Positions 52,242 to 63,242 of a stretch of DNA of 64,000 bases are shown here, in pieces (position 1 is the first letter of the stretch; the number at the start of each line of letters is the position of its first letter). The stretch lies in contig CAVPNL010000003.1 of the NCBI GenBank assembly GCA_963706575.1, forward strand, positions 160,001 to 224,000. Direction: 5' to 3'. Both the position numbers and the translations under genes were made by a program. The stretch is from an uncultured delta proteobacterium (GTDB lineage: Bacteria > Desulfobacterota > Desulfobacteria > Desulfobacterales > JAHEIW01). The notes beneath the pieces were generated by a model. The model was not told the origin of the DNA. It saw nothing but the letters and a program-made list of their open reading frames with translations, and made no database searches.

Positions 52242-53327
52242 TTATTCGGCCTGTTTGTAGGTTTGAAAGCCTTCTTGCAAACACAGCTCATCTTTTTCCG
52301 CCTCTAATAGATCCATGGCCACCATTTCTTTTACCAATTCCGCAAAGGTGGTTTTGGGTTCCCATCCCAGCTGCTGTCTGGCTTTGGAGCTGTCTCCCAG
52401 CAACGTATCGACTTCCGTCGGACGAAAATAACGCGGGTCAATGCACACCAACTCGCTGCCGGTTTTTGCATCAATCCCTTTTTCTTTCAGCCCCTGCCCT
52501 TCCCAGTGAATGGAGATGCCCGCCTCTTTGGCGGCCAGTTCGATGAATTCACGCACCGAATGCTGTTTGCCGGTAGATATAACATAATCATCGGGCCGGT
52601 CCTGCTGGAGCATCAGCCACTGCATTTCGACATAATCCCTGGCGTGGCCCCAGTCCCGGCGGGCATCGAGATTGCCGATGTAAAGCTTTTCCTGCAAGCC
52701 CTTGCTGATGCGTGCCATGGCACGTGTGATTTTGCGGGAAACAAAGGTTTCACCCCGAATGGGGGATTCATGGTTAAACAAAATACCATTGCAACCATAA
52801 ATTCCATACGCTTCGCGGTAATTGACCGTAATCCAGTAAGCATAAAGCTTGGCTACGCCATAGGGCGAACGGGGATAAAAGGGTGTGGTTTCAGTTTGCG
52901 GTGTCTCCTTGACCCGCCCATAGAGTTCGGATGTCGAGGCCTGGTAGAAACGGGTCTTATCAATCAGATTCAGTATGCGAATGGCCTCCAGCAGACGCAG
53001 TGTGCCGAGAGCATCTGCATTGGCGGTATATTCAGGGGTTTCAAAGGAAACCATCACGTGGCTTTGAGCGGCCAGGTTATAAATCTCATCGGGCTGGATT
53101 TCCTGGATGACGCGGATCAGGTTGGTTGCATCGGTAAGATCTCCATAATGCATGAAAAACCGAACATCTTGCTCGTGGGGATCTTTGTATAAATGGTCCA
53201 CTCGTGCGGTGTTAAACGAAGACGCCCGGCGTTTGATACCGTGAACTTCATAGTTTTTGTTCAGTAAAAACTCGGCCAGATAGGCGCCGTCCTGACCGGT
53301 AATTCCGGTTATAAGCGCACGTTTCAT
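52242..53327 (-). CDS. gmd: GDP-mannose 4,6-dehydratase
   Basis: [31 protein letters not shown]. Confidence 0.96.
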   Translation of the reverse strand: MKRALITGITGQDGAYLAEFLLNKNYEVHGIKRRASSFNTARVDHLYKDPHEQDVRFFMHYGDLTDATNLIRVIQEIQPDEIYNLAAQSHVMVSFETPEYTANADALGTLRLLEAIRILNLIDKTRFYQASTSELYGRVKETPQTETTPFYPRSPYGVAKLYAYWITVNYREAYGIYGCNGILFNHESPIRGETFVSRKITRAMARISKGLQEKLYIGNLDARRDWGHARDYVEMQWLMLQQDRPDDYVISTGKQHSVREFIELAAKEAGISIHWEGQGLKEKGIDAKTGSELVCIDPRYFRPTEVDTLLGDSSKARQQLGWEPKTTFAELVKEMVAMDLLEAEKDELCLQEGFQTYKQAE

Positions 53328-53391
53328 CAATTTCTCCTAACGATAACCGAATTTAGCGATAAACGCTAAATTAGGCGTTAATCGTTATTCG

Positions 53392-54351
53392 TTATTTGTT
53401 ATTAGAGTTCGATGACAGGGTCCTGAAATAGTTTATCGTCTCCTCAAGTCCCGCCTCCAACTGCGTATGCGGTTTCCATTTCAGCTTATCCATTGCCAGT
53501 TTAATGTTGGGTTTACGCTGTAGCGGATCATCCTGCGGCAGCGGTTTAAAAACAATTTTCGCCTTGGATTGGGTAAGTGAGATGATCTTTTCCGCCAGTT
53601 CTAGAATACTGTACTCTTGCGGATTTCCCAGATTTACCGGTCCGGTAAAATCCTCGGGGATGTTCATCATCCGGATCACCCCCTCGATCAAATCATCGAC
53701 ATAGCAAAAAGAACGGGTTTGCTTCCCGTCACCGTAAACCGTGATATCTTCATTGTGTAAGGCCTGCAGTATAAAATTACTTACCACCCGACCGTCGTTG
53801 GGGTGCATCCGCGGGCCATAGGTATTGAAAATCCGGACAATCCGGATATCGAGCTGGTGCTGCCGATAATAGTCAAAAAAAAGCGTCTCAGCACATCGTT
53901 TGCCTTCATCATAGCAGGAGCGGATTCCCACACAGTTAACATTGCCCCAGTAATCTTCGGTCTGCGGATGCACGGTAGGATTGCCGTATACCTCGGATGT
54001 GGAAGCCTGTAAAATCTTTGCTTTCGTGCGCTTGGCCAACCCGAGCATGTTGATGGAGCCATGCACATTAACTTTGGTGGTTTGTACCGGGTCATTCTGA
54101 TAGTGAATCGGTGATGCCGGACAGGCAAAATTATAGATTTGATCGACTTCCAGATAAAGTGGAAATGTGATGTCGTGCCGGATCAGTTCGAAGTAAGGAT
54201 TCTCCAGAAGATGAACAATATTTCGTTTGGTACCGGTATAAAAATTGTCCACGCAAACCACGTCACAATTTTCTTGCAGCAGGCGTTCACAAAGAAATGA
54301 ACCCAGAAACCCCGCCCCGCCGGTCACCAGAACTCGTTTTCGAAGATGCAT
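53392..54351 (-). CDS. UDP-glucuronate decarboxylase (UXS-like SDR)
   Basis: [40 protein letters not shown]. Confidence 0.92.
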   Translation of the reverse strand: MHLRKRVLVTGGAGFLGSFLCERLLQENCDVVCVDNFYTGTKRNIVHLLENPYFELIRHDITFPLYLEVDQIYNFACPASPIHYQNDPVQTTKVNVHGSINMLGLAKRTKAKILQASTSEVYGNPTVHPQTEDYWGNVNCVGIRSCYDEGKRCAETLFFDYYRQHQLDIRIVRIFNTYGPRMHPNDGRVVSNFILQALHNEDITVYGDGKQTRSFCYVDDLIEGVIRMMNIPEDFTGPVNLGNPQEYSILELAEKIISLTQSKAKIVFKPLPQDDPLQRKPNIKLAMDKLKWKPHTQLEAGLEETINYFRTLSSNSNNK

Positions 54352-54574
54352 GCGATTCCCTCTACCTGTTAAGTGAGATTGATGATGGCATTCGAGTGCA
54401 CCAGCCGTTTTGTAAGCATTTAAAATGATTAGCATATAAATATATCATAGAGGCCCTATAATTAGCAATAGCCTTTGGATAGACAAGGTTCTTGTAATCT
54501 CGAAGTCGATTTGCTATGCGAATATCATATTTAAATATTTCACGCGTAGCCCAACGGGCTCCGGACGATCAACT

Positions 54575-54650
54575 GCCCCCGTAGCTCAGTGGATAGAGCA
54601 ATGGATTCCTAATCCATGTGCCGCAAGTTCGATTCTTGCCGGGGGCACCA
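54575..54650 (+). tRNA. tRNA-Arg (CCT)
   Basis: GCCCCCG/CGGGGGC acceptor stem, ATGGA-TTCCTAA-TCCAT anticodon arm, GTTCGA T loop, ACCA end. Confidence 0.95.
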
Positions 54651-54696
54651 GGCGTCTTATAAAAATTTATATAAAAATAAAGGAGTTATATTTACA

Positions 54697-55602
54697 ATGG
54701 ACAAAGCCATCAAAGTGGGCATCGTTGTCGCCATTATCGCTATCGCCGCTTATTTCGGCTATAGTCTGTTCAGCAACTGGCACAAGCAAAGCCTTGAAAC
54801 CGCTAAGCGACAGGAGCGTGTCGAGTGGGAAAAAAGAACCAAAGAACTGATGGAAAAAGTCACGGGGCTCGAGGAAGAACTGACTTCCGTAAAGGGTGAA
54901 GTCATTCCGGAACGAAAGCTCAAAGAGGTTTTTGGATCTGATTCCGCGATTGTCAAAAAAGAAGAAGAAAAACTACCGTTGGATTTCGAAGAAATCGACC
55001 AGCAGATTAAAGCATTTTTCACCTATTTGGATGAACAGGACTATGTTCAGGCATATCAATTCAAAGGCGGAACCTATCAACAGTTTCTGTTGAGCCTTAA
55101 AAAAATGTCCGCAAATCCTCCTATCATCACCGACGAGACGGCCTCGCTCTACAACCTCTATCGCAATATGGCCCATTTTTTCCGCGTGCTGGGGAAAAAA
55201 CGGGTGAATCTCACCCGGGATGTAATGCTGAATGAAGGCGAAATTTTGGAATCGGTCATGCAGACATTTTACCTGTGGGCCACTGATGAAACTGCTGACA
55301 AGGAGAAAACCGGCCAGCCGACGCTCAAGACGCTGTATACCTATTCCGGGTTTTTCTTAAATACGCTGGCAGGCAAAAGTTATCTGTTTAGAAGAAATTC
55401 AAAAACCAGACTATTAACGACCTACTATTCGGTCCTCATCCTCGACCGAGCAAATGACGAACAATTGAATCCAGCCGGCATTGATATTCGGCCCCACATA
55501 GAATTTTTATTAAATGACCTCCAGAGCCAAATCGGTCTGATCCACCAGAAACAATATTTATCGGAATTGTTGCAATTGGCCGATAAATATAAAATGTCTT
55601 GA
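54697..55602 (+). CDS. Membrane-anchored coiled-coil protein of unknown function
   Basis: AGGAG RBS; N-terminal TM helix then coiled coil; track ORF start (54616) lies inside the tRNA. Confidence 0.75.
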   Translation: MDKAIKVGIVVAIIAIAAYFGYSLFSNWHKQSLETAKRQERVEWEKRTKELMEKVTGLEEELTSVKGEVIPERKLKEVFGSDSAIVKKEEEKLPLDFEEIDQQIKAFFTYLDEQDYVQAYQFKGGTYQQFLLSLKKMSANPPIITDETASLYNLYRNMAHFFRVLGKKRVNLTRDVMLNEGEILESVMQTFYLWATDETADKEKTGQPTLKTLYTYSGFFLNTLAGKSYLFRRNSKTRLLTTYYSVLILDRANDEQLNPAGIDIRPHIEFLLNDLQSQIGLIHQKQYLSELLQLADKYKMS

Positions 55603-55709
55603 GCCCACCGTGACAAGTTAAAGCGATTCGGGCTGTTTGCAGCCTGACAAACGCGTTGCCAGTCCTGTTTTCTCCCAATTGAATCAGACAAGAGGAGGGC
55701 ACATCCCTG

Positions 55710-56632
55710 ATGAAAGAAAAACCAAAAGCAATGCTTCTGGCGTCTTTTGCAGCCGATTCTCTGGCCCTTGGCGCCCATTGGATTTACAACACCCGTGTTA
55801 TTGATAAAAAGTTCGGTCGGGTTGATCATTTTATAAAACCCGAGCGTCCAACTTATCATCCCACCAAAAACAGGGGAGAATTTACCCATTACGGGGACCA
55901 AACCCTGATATTACTGGAATCGGTTGCTGAGTGTGAAGGATTTAACCTGAGCGATTTTTCCAGAACGCTGGCAGAGATTGTTTGATAATTATGATGGATA
56001 TGTTGACGGTGCAACCAAAGGAACTCTTGAAAACCTGGCTTCCGGAAAATCACCAACGGAATCCGGATCCGGTTCCGACGATCTGGCCGGGGCATCCCGC
56101 ATTGCATCACTCATCTATGTTTATCGAAATGACCTTCCGGAATTGATTGCCAGCGCTAAATCTCAAACTGCTTTTACCCATAATCACTCGCATGTCATAA
56201 TTTGCGCGGCATTTTTCGCAACCGTCGCTTATCAAATTTTAGCAGGTACCGCACCGATAGCGGCCATCGAGCAGGCACAAAAGGATGAGTTTGATTCTGA
56301 GCCCATTAAAGATTGGATCCAGGTGGGGTTGGAGAGCGCTGAGGCAGGACAGTCGCCAGGCCATTCTGGATTTCGGCCAAATGTGTGAGATTCCGGCCGC
56401 CTTTCCTGCTGTCATCCACCTGATCGCTAAATATGAGAACGATCTAAAGACCGCATTGGTCGAAAATGTTATGGCGGGTGGTGATTCTGCCGGACGAGGC
56501 TTGCTGGTGGGGCTGGTACTGGGCGCCCATCTGGGGATGGAAGCCATTCCCCTTGAATGGCTTAACGATATGAAGGCCTATCCGCAAATCGTTGATATGC
56601 TCGATAAAATCGATAAGAGCCATGGTTTCTAA
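55710..56632 (+). pseudogene. ADP-ribosylglycohydrolase family protein with two +1 frameshifts
   Basis: ADSLALGAHW, THYGDQ, GGDSAGRG; three frames join after removing one base at ~55960 and one at ~56343, giving 306 aa. Confidence 0.8.
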
Positions 56633-56767
56633 AATGGTGTCAGGCACCTAAAATAAAGCCGTATTTTGTAAATTACCTGTGGGACACAGCACTAGAGAAA
56701 GTTGCACACCTGTCAAAAATGGCGTAGAATAAAACCGTATTCAAAAGCAGTCAGAAGCGGAGCTAGC

Positions 56768-57331
56768 ATGCAAATCATTGCGACCGATATTGAAGATGTC
56801 AAAATTATTGAACCTCAGATATTTACGGACGACCGCGGATACTTTCTGGAGACCTATCATCTCAACCGCTTTAAATCAGCGGGGCTGCCAGACGTCTTTG
56901 TGCAGGATAATATGTCTTTTTCGGTTAAAAACACGTTGCGGGGACTTCATTTTCAAATAACCCGACCGCAGGCGAAGCTGGTTCAGGTTATTTCCGGAGA
57001 AATATTTGATGTGGCCGTAGACATTCGACCCACATCCCCCACCTCCGGCCGCTGGGTGAGCGTCCATCTCACTGAGCACAATAAACGGCAGGTATTTATT
57101 CCTGAAGGATTTGCTCACGGATTTTGTGTGCTGAGTGACTGTGCCCATGTGGTCTATAAATGTTCCGATTTTTATGATCGTGATGATGAAGGCGGCATAT
57201 TGTGGTCGGATCCTGCCATCGGAATTGTTTGGCCGACGACCCATCCCATCGTTTCCACCAAGGATGACCGCTTGCCGGTTATGAGTGATATCCCCCCTGA
57301 AAAACTTTACAATCCGGTAAAGTCACCATGA
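56768..57331 (+). CDS. rfbC: dTDP-4-dehydrorhamnose 3,5-epimerase
   Basis: DDRGYF, LRGLHFQ, QAKLV, PEGFAHGF. Confidence 0.95.
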   Translation: MQIIATDIEDVKIIEPQIFTDDRGYFLETYHLNRFKSAGLPDVFVQDNMSFSVKNTLRGLHFQITRPQAKLVQVISGEIFDVAVDIRPTSPTSGRWVSVHLTEHNKRQVFIPEGFAHGFCVLSDCAHVVYKCSDFYDRDDEGGILWSDPAIGIVWPTTHPIVSTKDDRLPVMSDIPPEKLYNPVKSP

Positions 57332-58212
57332 GGATTTTGATTACGGGTGCAGACGGACAGCTGGGCCGGGAATTGGTCCGTCAGGGTCAGCGCGTTGATT
57401 TTGAAGTTCACGGTCTCAGCCGCCAACAGCTGGATATCACCAAGAGAAACCAAATACAGCAGATACTTACGCGCATTTCACCATCTCTGGTTATAAATGC
57501 TGCCGCGTATACTCAGGTCGACAGAGCCGAAAATGAATCAGATCTTGCATATGCGGCCAACAAAGACGGGCCGGCTTATCTTGCCCGTTATTGTGCCGAT
57601 AATCATCTGACGCTCATTCACATCTCCACCGATTATGTTTTTGATGGGACCAAAGGACGGCCCTATCAGGAAAGCGACCCGATCGCTCCTCTGGGGGTAT
57701 ACGGTCAGAGCAAGGCGCAGGGTGAAGCGGCCATTCGATCCATATTGCCAAACCACATCATTGTGCGCACAGCCTGGCTGTACGGTGTCTATGGCAATAA
57801 TTTCGTCAAAACCATACTCAAGCTGGCCGCTGAGAAAACAACCCTGCGGGTGGTGGCCGATCAATTAGGTTCGCCGACCAGCGCAGAGGACCTTGCTAAA
57901 ACATTGCTGTCCATCACCCAGAAAATCAACGTCACTGAAAAAATTGATTGGGGAACCTACCATTATTGCTGCAAAGGAATTACAACCTGGCATGGTCTGG
58001 CCGAAAGGATTATCGGCCTGGCAGCGCCGCACGGTGTCCTAAAGAACCGGAAAGTGGAAGCCATTACAACCGCTGAATGGCCGACTCTGGCAAAACGACC
58101 ACCCTATTCCGTTCTGGATTGCACCCGCATAAAAAGCCGATTTGGAATCGAGTCCCAACCATGGCAGCAAAGCCTGAAGCATACCATTGACCGCATCTTC
58201 TCCGAAAGCTGA
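57328..58212 (+). CDS. rfbD: dTDP-4-dehydrorhamnose reductase
   Basis: GADGQLG, NAAAYT, STDYVFDG, YGQSK, DQLGSPT. Confidence 0.95.
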   Translation: MRILITGADGQLGRELVRQGQRVDFEVHGLSRQQLDITKRNQIQQILTRISPSLVINAAAYTQVDRAENESDLAYAANKDGPAYLARYCADNHLTLIHISTDYVFDGTKGRPYQESDPIAPLGVYGQSKAQGEAAIRSILPNHIIVRTAWLYGVYGNNFVKTILKLAAEKTTLRVVADQLGSPTSAEDLAKTLLSITQKINVTEKIDWGTYHYCCKGITTWHGLAERIIGLAAPHGVLKNRKVEAITTAEWPTLAKRPPYSVLDCTRIKSRFGIESQPWQQSLKHTIDRIFSES

Positions 58213-58221
58213 ATGATGTTA

Positions 58222-58339
58222 ATCGTTATTTGTTATTGGAATGATTATCCGGTCGGATTTGATTACTTTGCGACAGGGATAATGGCCCGGGGCAGATCAG
58301 ATTGTCAAAACCAATAACCAATCACAGATAACAGATAAC
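58222..58339. repeat. Inverted heptamer arrays (GTTATTT/G)n ... (CAATAAC/AGATAAC)n
   Basis: atcgttatttgttattgg versus ccaataaccaatcacagataacagataac; same family as 35193-35319. Confidence 0.7.
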
Positions 58340-58502
58340 TTCACAGCTTTGACGCATTTTGCAAATCAACTTAAAATACTGATATATCTAAAAGTTACGC
58401 CCATCCTAAAGAGAAAAACATTGACTGTTTTCGCATTTCAATCTAACATGAAGTTATCGGAAATGCCTATTTTTGTTTTCCTTTCTCCGATGAATTCATT
58501 TC

Positions 58503-59903
58503 ATGGAATCGATACCGAATATACATAGCCCCGTTCTCGTCGTAGATGATGATGAGGGCCTGCTGCTAAGCATTAAAGCGACGCTCGTCAGTTCGGGTTT
58601 GCCGGAGCCGGCCCTGATATCCGACAGCCGACGTGTTATTGATCTGGTTCGCGAATATAATTTTCAATTGATTTTACTGGATCTGATGATGCCGCATTTA
58701 ACCGGAATGGAGGTTCTGAGAAGGATAAAAAATGAATCTCTGGATGTCGAATGTGTCATTGTCAGTGCTATAGACGATGTTGCATCTGCCGTCCAGGCGA
58801 TCAGTCTGGGCGCATCAGATTATCTGGTCAAACCGCTTAACAGTGATAAACTGGTCGCGTTGGTGAACCGAACGCTTGAAAAATATACCGTGCAGCATGA
58901 GCTGGAACAGTTCGGCAGTAAAAAAGTATTTTCCAATCTTAAAAACCCGGAAGCATTTGCTGACATTGTAGCCGAAGATGAAGCCATGGCCCTGATATTT
59001 CATCAGGTGGAAGCAGTAGCCGGCACGGATTACAGTGTGGTCATCAGTGGAGAATCTGGAACCGGCAAAGAAATGCTGGCCCGTGTGATTCATAAATTAA
59101 GTAATCGTTCTAACGCGCCGTTTTATGCCGTCAACATGGCATCTTTTAGCAAAACAATTTTTGAAGATGAATTTTTCGGTCATGCCAAGGGGGCCTACAC
59201 GGATGCCGCCAGTGACAAAATTGGATTTTTTGAAGCCGCCCACGGTGGCACTTTATTTTTGGACGAAATCACCGAATTGGATCCATCATTGCAGGGCAAA
59301 CTGCTGCGGGTTATCGAAGAACGCGAGCTTTATCGGTTGGGCAGCACCGAAATTCGTAACGTGAATGTTCGCATCATCGCCGCCACCAACCGGGACATAA
59401 ACGAGGAAATCTTGAAAGGTGCGTTTCGGTCGGACCTGTATTACCGCATCAATATGTATAACATAAATGTACCGCCTCTCAGAGACCGGCAAAAAGACAT
59501 TCTGCCCATCGCTCGCCATTTCCTAAAAACCCATGCCAATGCAAACGATAAAATGATCGGTTCGCTGGCACCCGATCTGGAACAGCGTTTAATGCAGTAT
59601 TCTTATCCGGGAAACGTACGAGAACTGGAAAATATTGTCGCAGCCGCTGTACTGCAGGAAAAATCAAAAGTCCTGACCCTGGCCTCGACGTTAAGTTTGC
59701 TGCCGTATGAAGGGCCCGAGCGGCGCAGGCACGTGGAATTGCTTACCCTTGAAGAGCTTGAAAAGCGTCATATTCTAAACGTATTGGACGTTACCGGTGG
59801 TAATCGTCCCAAAGCCGCAAAAATACTGGGTGTGAATATCTCCACTGTGTATAGAAAAATTGAGAAATATAAGCTGGACCGTCAAAATGATAATGAAACC
59901 TAA
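58503..59903 (+). CDS. NtrC-family sigma54-dependent response regulator
   Basis: REC, GESGTGKE, GAYTDA loop, LFLDEI, FRSDLYYR, PGNVRELEN, Fis HTH. Confidence 0.93.
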   Translation: MESIPNIHSPVLVVDDDEGLLLSIKATLVSSGLPEPALISDSRRVIDLVREYNFQLILLDLMMPHLTGMEVLRRIKNESLDVECVIVSAIDDVASAVQAISLGASDYLVKPLNSDKLVALVNRTLEKYTVQHELEQFGSKKVFSNLKNPEAFADIVAEDEAMALIFHQVEAVAGTDYSVVISGESGTGKEMLARVIHKLSNRSNAPFYAVNMASFSKTIFEDEFFGHAKGAYTDAASDKIGFFEAAHGGTLFLDEITELDPSLQGKLLRVIEERELYRLGSTEIRNVNVRIIAATNRDINEEILKGAFRSDLYYRINMYNINVPPLRDRQKDILPIARHFLKTHANANDKMIGSLAPDLEQRLMQYSYPGNVRELENIVAAAVLQEKSKVLTLASTLSLLPYEGPERRRHVELLTLEELEKRHILNVLDVTGGNRPKAAKILGVNISTVYRKIEKYKLDRQNDNET

Positions 59904-59965
59904 GTTGAAGCGAAACGAATATGCGCGCAACGGTGTTTTATCGGCTATGGTGATTCAAAGCAACC

Positions 59966-60157
59966 AGATGTCATCTAAAAAATAGGATTTTGGTTCAAGA
60001 TCGCGGCGGGGCCGAGTTTTCCCGCGCTGCGGGATTCCCCGTCTGATCTTATACTCTTTGTGGGTCGAAAACCGCAGGCATACTGTTGTATGTCGAGGAT
60101 TTGAAAGGAGGCGCCAACAAAGATATTGGGCCAAAAGACATTTTTGAGATGGCTTCT
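59966..60157. mobile_element. ~190-bp MITE-like element with imperfect terminal inverted repeats
   Basis: agatgtcatctaaaaaat versus atttttgagatggcttct (15/18); complementarity extends ~37 bp. Confidence 0.6.
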
Positions 60158-60174
60158 AACGGAGGGTTGACGAC

Positions 60175-60624
60175 ATGTCAGATGGTTTAGACGTAATTAT
60201 AATCGATGATGATAAAGGTATTTGCGATATAATCCAAGAGCTGGTTGAAAGCTTCTATAACTGGGGCAATGTAATTTCATTTTCGAATGCAGATAAAGCA
60301 ATAAATTATTGCCTACAGCGCGATATTGGTGTGGCTATTTTTATTATTGATGTATTTCTTGGCGGCCTGAGTGGTTTCTACTTTTTGGATGCCATCGAAA
60401 AGAAGTTTTCAACCGCCCATGAAGACTCGATTATCATTAGCGGCAATGCCAGCGATGATGTGGTAAATATGTGTTTGGCTTCCGGGGTAAATTATTTGCT
60501 GGAAAAGCCGATTAAACCCTATGCCTTACAGCTGGCTGTAAAAGCCATTACGGGGAAATATCTGAACTTTGCCAAAAAACTATTGCAGGATTCAACTTAT
60601 GCCGCCAGCATTGCAAAATTATAA
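60175..60624 (+). CDS. Single-domain response regulator
   Basis: IIIDDD, IIDVFL..LSG, ISG, LEKP. Confidence 0.88.
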   Translation: MSDGLDVIIIDDDKGICDIIQELVESFYNWGNVISFSNADKAINYCLQRDIGVAIFIIDVFLGGLSGFYFLDAIEKKFSTAHEDSIIISGNASDDVVNMCLASGVNYLLEKPIKPYALQLAVKAITGKYLNFAKKLLQDSTYAASIAKL

Positions 60625-60644
60625 ACCGAGGTGCGGCGAACCCC

Positions 60645-61373
60645 ATGGCCGAATCTGAAAAAATCAAAGGCGCTGCCATCCCAAAATTATTTGAAGAATT
60701 GCTGCAGCATAAAACCCTCCTCAAACTGACCGTCGTTGATACCCATGATGAGCACCTGACCCTGATTACCGCTCTGGTGAATCGAAACAAAGTGCCTCAC
60801 CTTGTTATCGATACACCGGAAGGATTGGCGCACGCCATAGCAGAAATTGATCCCTGGCACCTTCACTTTGAATTTACCGGAAAAGATCATATCAAATATA
60901 CCTTTAGAACCATTGGCGGAGAAATTGACCATAACCGGATTTGTGTTAAATGTCCCCGGGAGGTAGAGCGCTGGCAGCGCAGAGAACTTTTTAGGCTCAA
61001 TGCCCCAGTGGGGACCAAACTTAGCCTGCCACATGACACGGTTCGATATGAGCTGGATGTTATTGATATTAGCATCGGGGGCACGCTCGCTACGCTGGTT
61101 CGAACCAGCTCCCACGACCTTGAAACCCCACCCTTCGATGACGCCCAAATTTTAAAGGATATCGAACTGGTCTTTCCGTCAGAAATCATGAGACAGCCTA
61201 TCAGGATTAAAACGGTACGCCTCAAACGCTTGAAACTGAATTCGGAAAAAACAGGGTACGAGGTGGCCTTTGAGTTTGATAAGACAAGTACGCGTGAGCA
61301 AAAGCGGTTGACTGACCTGATTTATCGTTTGCAGCGACAGGCGCTGCGCCATCGATTACCTATGGACCTTTGA
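60645..61373 (+). CDS. PilZ-domain (YcgR-like) c-di-GMP effector
   Basis: QRRELFR (RxxxR) and DISIGG (DxSxxG); N-terminal extra beta domain. Confidence 0.85.
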   Translation: MAESEKIKGAAIPKLFEELLQHKTLLKLTVVDTHDEHLTLITALVNRNKVPHLVIDTPEGLAHAIAEIDPWHLHFEFTGKDHIKYTFRTIGGEIDHNRICVKCPREVERWQRRELFRLNAPVGTKLSLPHDTVRYELDVIDISIGGTLATLVRTSSHDLETPPFDDAQILKDIELVFPSEIMRQPIRIKTVRLKRLKLNSEKTGYEVAFEFDKTSTREQKRLTDLIYRLQRQALRHRLPMDL

Positions 61374-61405
61374 AGGGTGACTAGCGTGGGAAGTGACTAA
61401 ATTGC

Positions 61406-62323
61406 CTAAAGTTCTACCTGCATGCCCTCACGGGCAAAAAAGGCTTTGGTGTTCCCTGTATTTCTGGAATCACAGTTCAATTTCGCCAATTCGTCCAATT
61501 GGGTGTCGGTGCGCAAGGGGTCGTGGTGAAAAAGTGCCAGGCGTTTGACCTGAGACCGCATGGCTGCTTCAATCGCATACTCGATCGGCGAATGCCCCCA
61601 GCCACGCTTGTCTGTGTCATACTCCTGCTGGGTGTACTGGGCATCATGAATCAACAAATCCGCCCCAGCAAAAAAGTCTTCCAATCGATGGTTTTCATCC
61701 CTGGCAGCCGCTTCTCCCTGGTGTGCCATAATCTCATCATACGCTGGATCCCGCGGATCGGTTATAAACAGGTTTTGAAAGGGTTCGGTGTCATAGGCCG
61801 TGCAACATATTTTACCTTTATACTCAAAGCGAAATCCCAAACACAGCAGCGGATGGTTTAAATATTTGGTGGTTAATCGAATCCCGTCTCCCAGATCGAA
61901 ACAGCCCTCTTTCAAATTAAGATATTCGATTCGAGCAGTCAGCTCTTCCTGGCGAACCGGAAAATAGCGATAGGACATCTGCCCGCCGATAACCGCTTCC
62001 AGAGAATCGTCCTCATAGGTAACCGGCCCGTAAATCTTTAATCGGGTACCGGCTTGAAAAATCGGCCCGAAAAAAGGGAATCCGATGATATGATCCAGAT
62101 GGGTGTGGGTCAAAAAAATATCGGTTTCGAGCGATCCGGCTGAAAAACCTTCGGTTATCAGATGGTTTCCTAGCAGCCGCAAACCTGAACCGGCATCAAT
62201 GATGATCAGTCTGTCAATATCATCAAGGTACAATTCCACGCAAAGGGTGTTGCCGCCATATTTCACATATTGGGTGCCCGGGCTTGGAATCGACCCTCTG
62301 ACCCCCCAAAATTTTATTTTCAT
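61406..62323 (-). CDS. MBL-fold metallo-hydrolase (phosphodiesterase-like)
   Basis: FWGVRGSIP, YGGNT, DAGSG, THTHLDH, WGHS, FHHDP. Confidence 0.9.
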   Translation of the reverse strand: MKIKFWGVRGSIPSPGTQYVKYGGNTLCVELYLDDIDRLIIIDAGSGLRLLGNHLITEGFSAGSLETDIFLTHTHLDHIIGFPFFGPIFQAGTRLKIYGPVTYEDDSLEAVIGGQMSYRYFPVRQEELTARIEYLNLKEGCFDLGDGIRLTTKYLNHPLLCLGFRFEYKGKICCTAYDTEPFQNLFITDPRDPAYDEIMAHQGEAAARDENHRLEDFFAGADLLIHDAQYTQQEYDTDKRGWGHSPIEYAIEAAMRSQVKRLALFHHDPLRTDTQLDELAKLNCDSRNTGNTKAFFAREGMQVEL

Positions 62324-62334
62324 TAACCGGTTCC

Positions 62335-63222
62335 TTATTCAGAAATTTCCAGATATATTTTTGCCTTGTCGATTTCATCCATGACGGTATCCCGCATATC
62401 ATAAAGCGTGGGCCAATCCACACCGACGCGCTCCAGCAGATACCCTGCAAAGGCAGTGCCCGGTTGTGTGGCTTCGCAGGTTCCGATATCCAATAGTTGC
62501 GAAAAAATATCTGCCAGTGCGACGATAAAGACCAGTTGTTGGTGTTCCGGCAAAGATTTATCCGGTTGATGATGACACCCAAGGGCCTGGATGAATGCGG
62601 GGCTGAGTCGCCATTTTTGGGCAATCAGACTGCCGATGATGCCGTGATCGATGCCAAATACCACGCTTTCGGCATGAGCCAACGGCCAGCGGGATCTTTT
62701 GGCCAGGTCGAGTGCCTGGAAGTATTCATCTGGAAACTGCTGGTTGAGAGGAATTTTTCCCAGATCGTGGAGAAGACCGCACACGAAAAATTCCTCCTGG
62801 TCGCTAATGGAGACCCCTCTGACCATTGCAATGCATTTGGCGATAACACCGACACTCAGAGAGTGCGCCCAGAATTTTTCGGCCGATAATGCCCGAAAAG
62901 ATTGCTTATTGCGAAGTCGTTCGAGAATAGCAAAGCTCAACACCAGGTTCTTTACGGTGTTGATTCCCAGCATAATAATCGCCCGGGTAACTGAGGAAAC
63001 CGGATGGCGAAGAGAATAATAGGCGGAATTCGTCAGCCTCAATACCTGACCGGCCAGCACCGGATCAAGGCCAATCACCCGATTCAGATCGTTGGGTGAC
63101 GATTGTGGATTATTGCAGGTCTGCAGAACCTTTGCAGCTGTGGTAGACAAGCTGGGCAGCCGGGCGATATAAGACCGGATATTTTTCAGATATGATTTAT
63201 GATGGATAGAAGATTCATGCAT
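62335..63222 (-). CDS. HDOD-domain protein
   Basis: LPSL, DPVLAGQVLRLTNSAYY, FWAHS, GLLHDLGK, CHH. Confidence 0.92.
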   Translation of the reverse strand: MHESSIHHKSYLKNIRSYIARLPSLSTTAAKVLQTCNNPQSSPNDLNRVIGLDPVLAGQVLRLTNSAYYSLRHPVSSVTRAIIMLGINTVKNLVLSFAILERLRNKQSFRALSAEKFWAHSLSVGVIAKCIAMVRGVSISDQEEFFVCGLLHDLGKIPLNQQFPDEYFQALDLAKRSRWPLAHAESVVFGIDHGIIGSLIAQKWRLSPAFIQALGCHHQPDKSLPEHQQLVFIVALADIFSQLLDIGTCEATQPGTAFAGYLLERVGVDWPTLYDMRDTVMDEIDKAKIYLEISE

Positions 63223-63242
63223 TATTAGGGCGCGTCCTGATG

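Noticed and set aside
54651..58212. Genomic island integrated at tRNA-Arg
   Set aside because: No integrase or duplicated tRNA end, and the downstream genes look ordinary
5364..58339. Repeat arrays as CRISPR
   Set aside because: Units are 7-9 bp with no unique spacers and no cas genes
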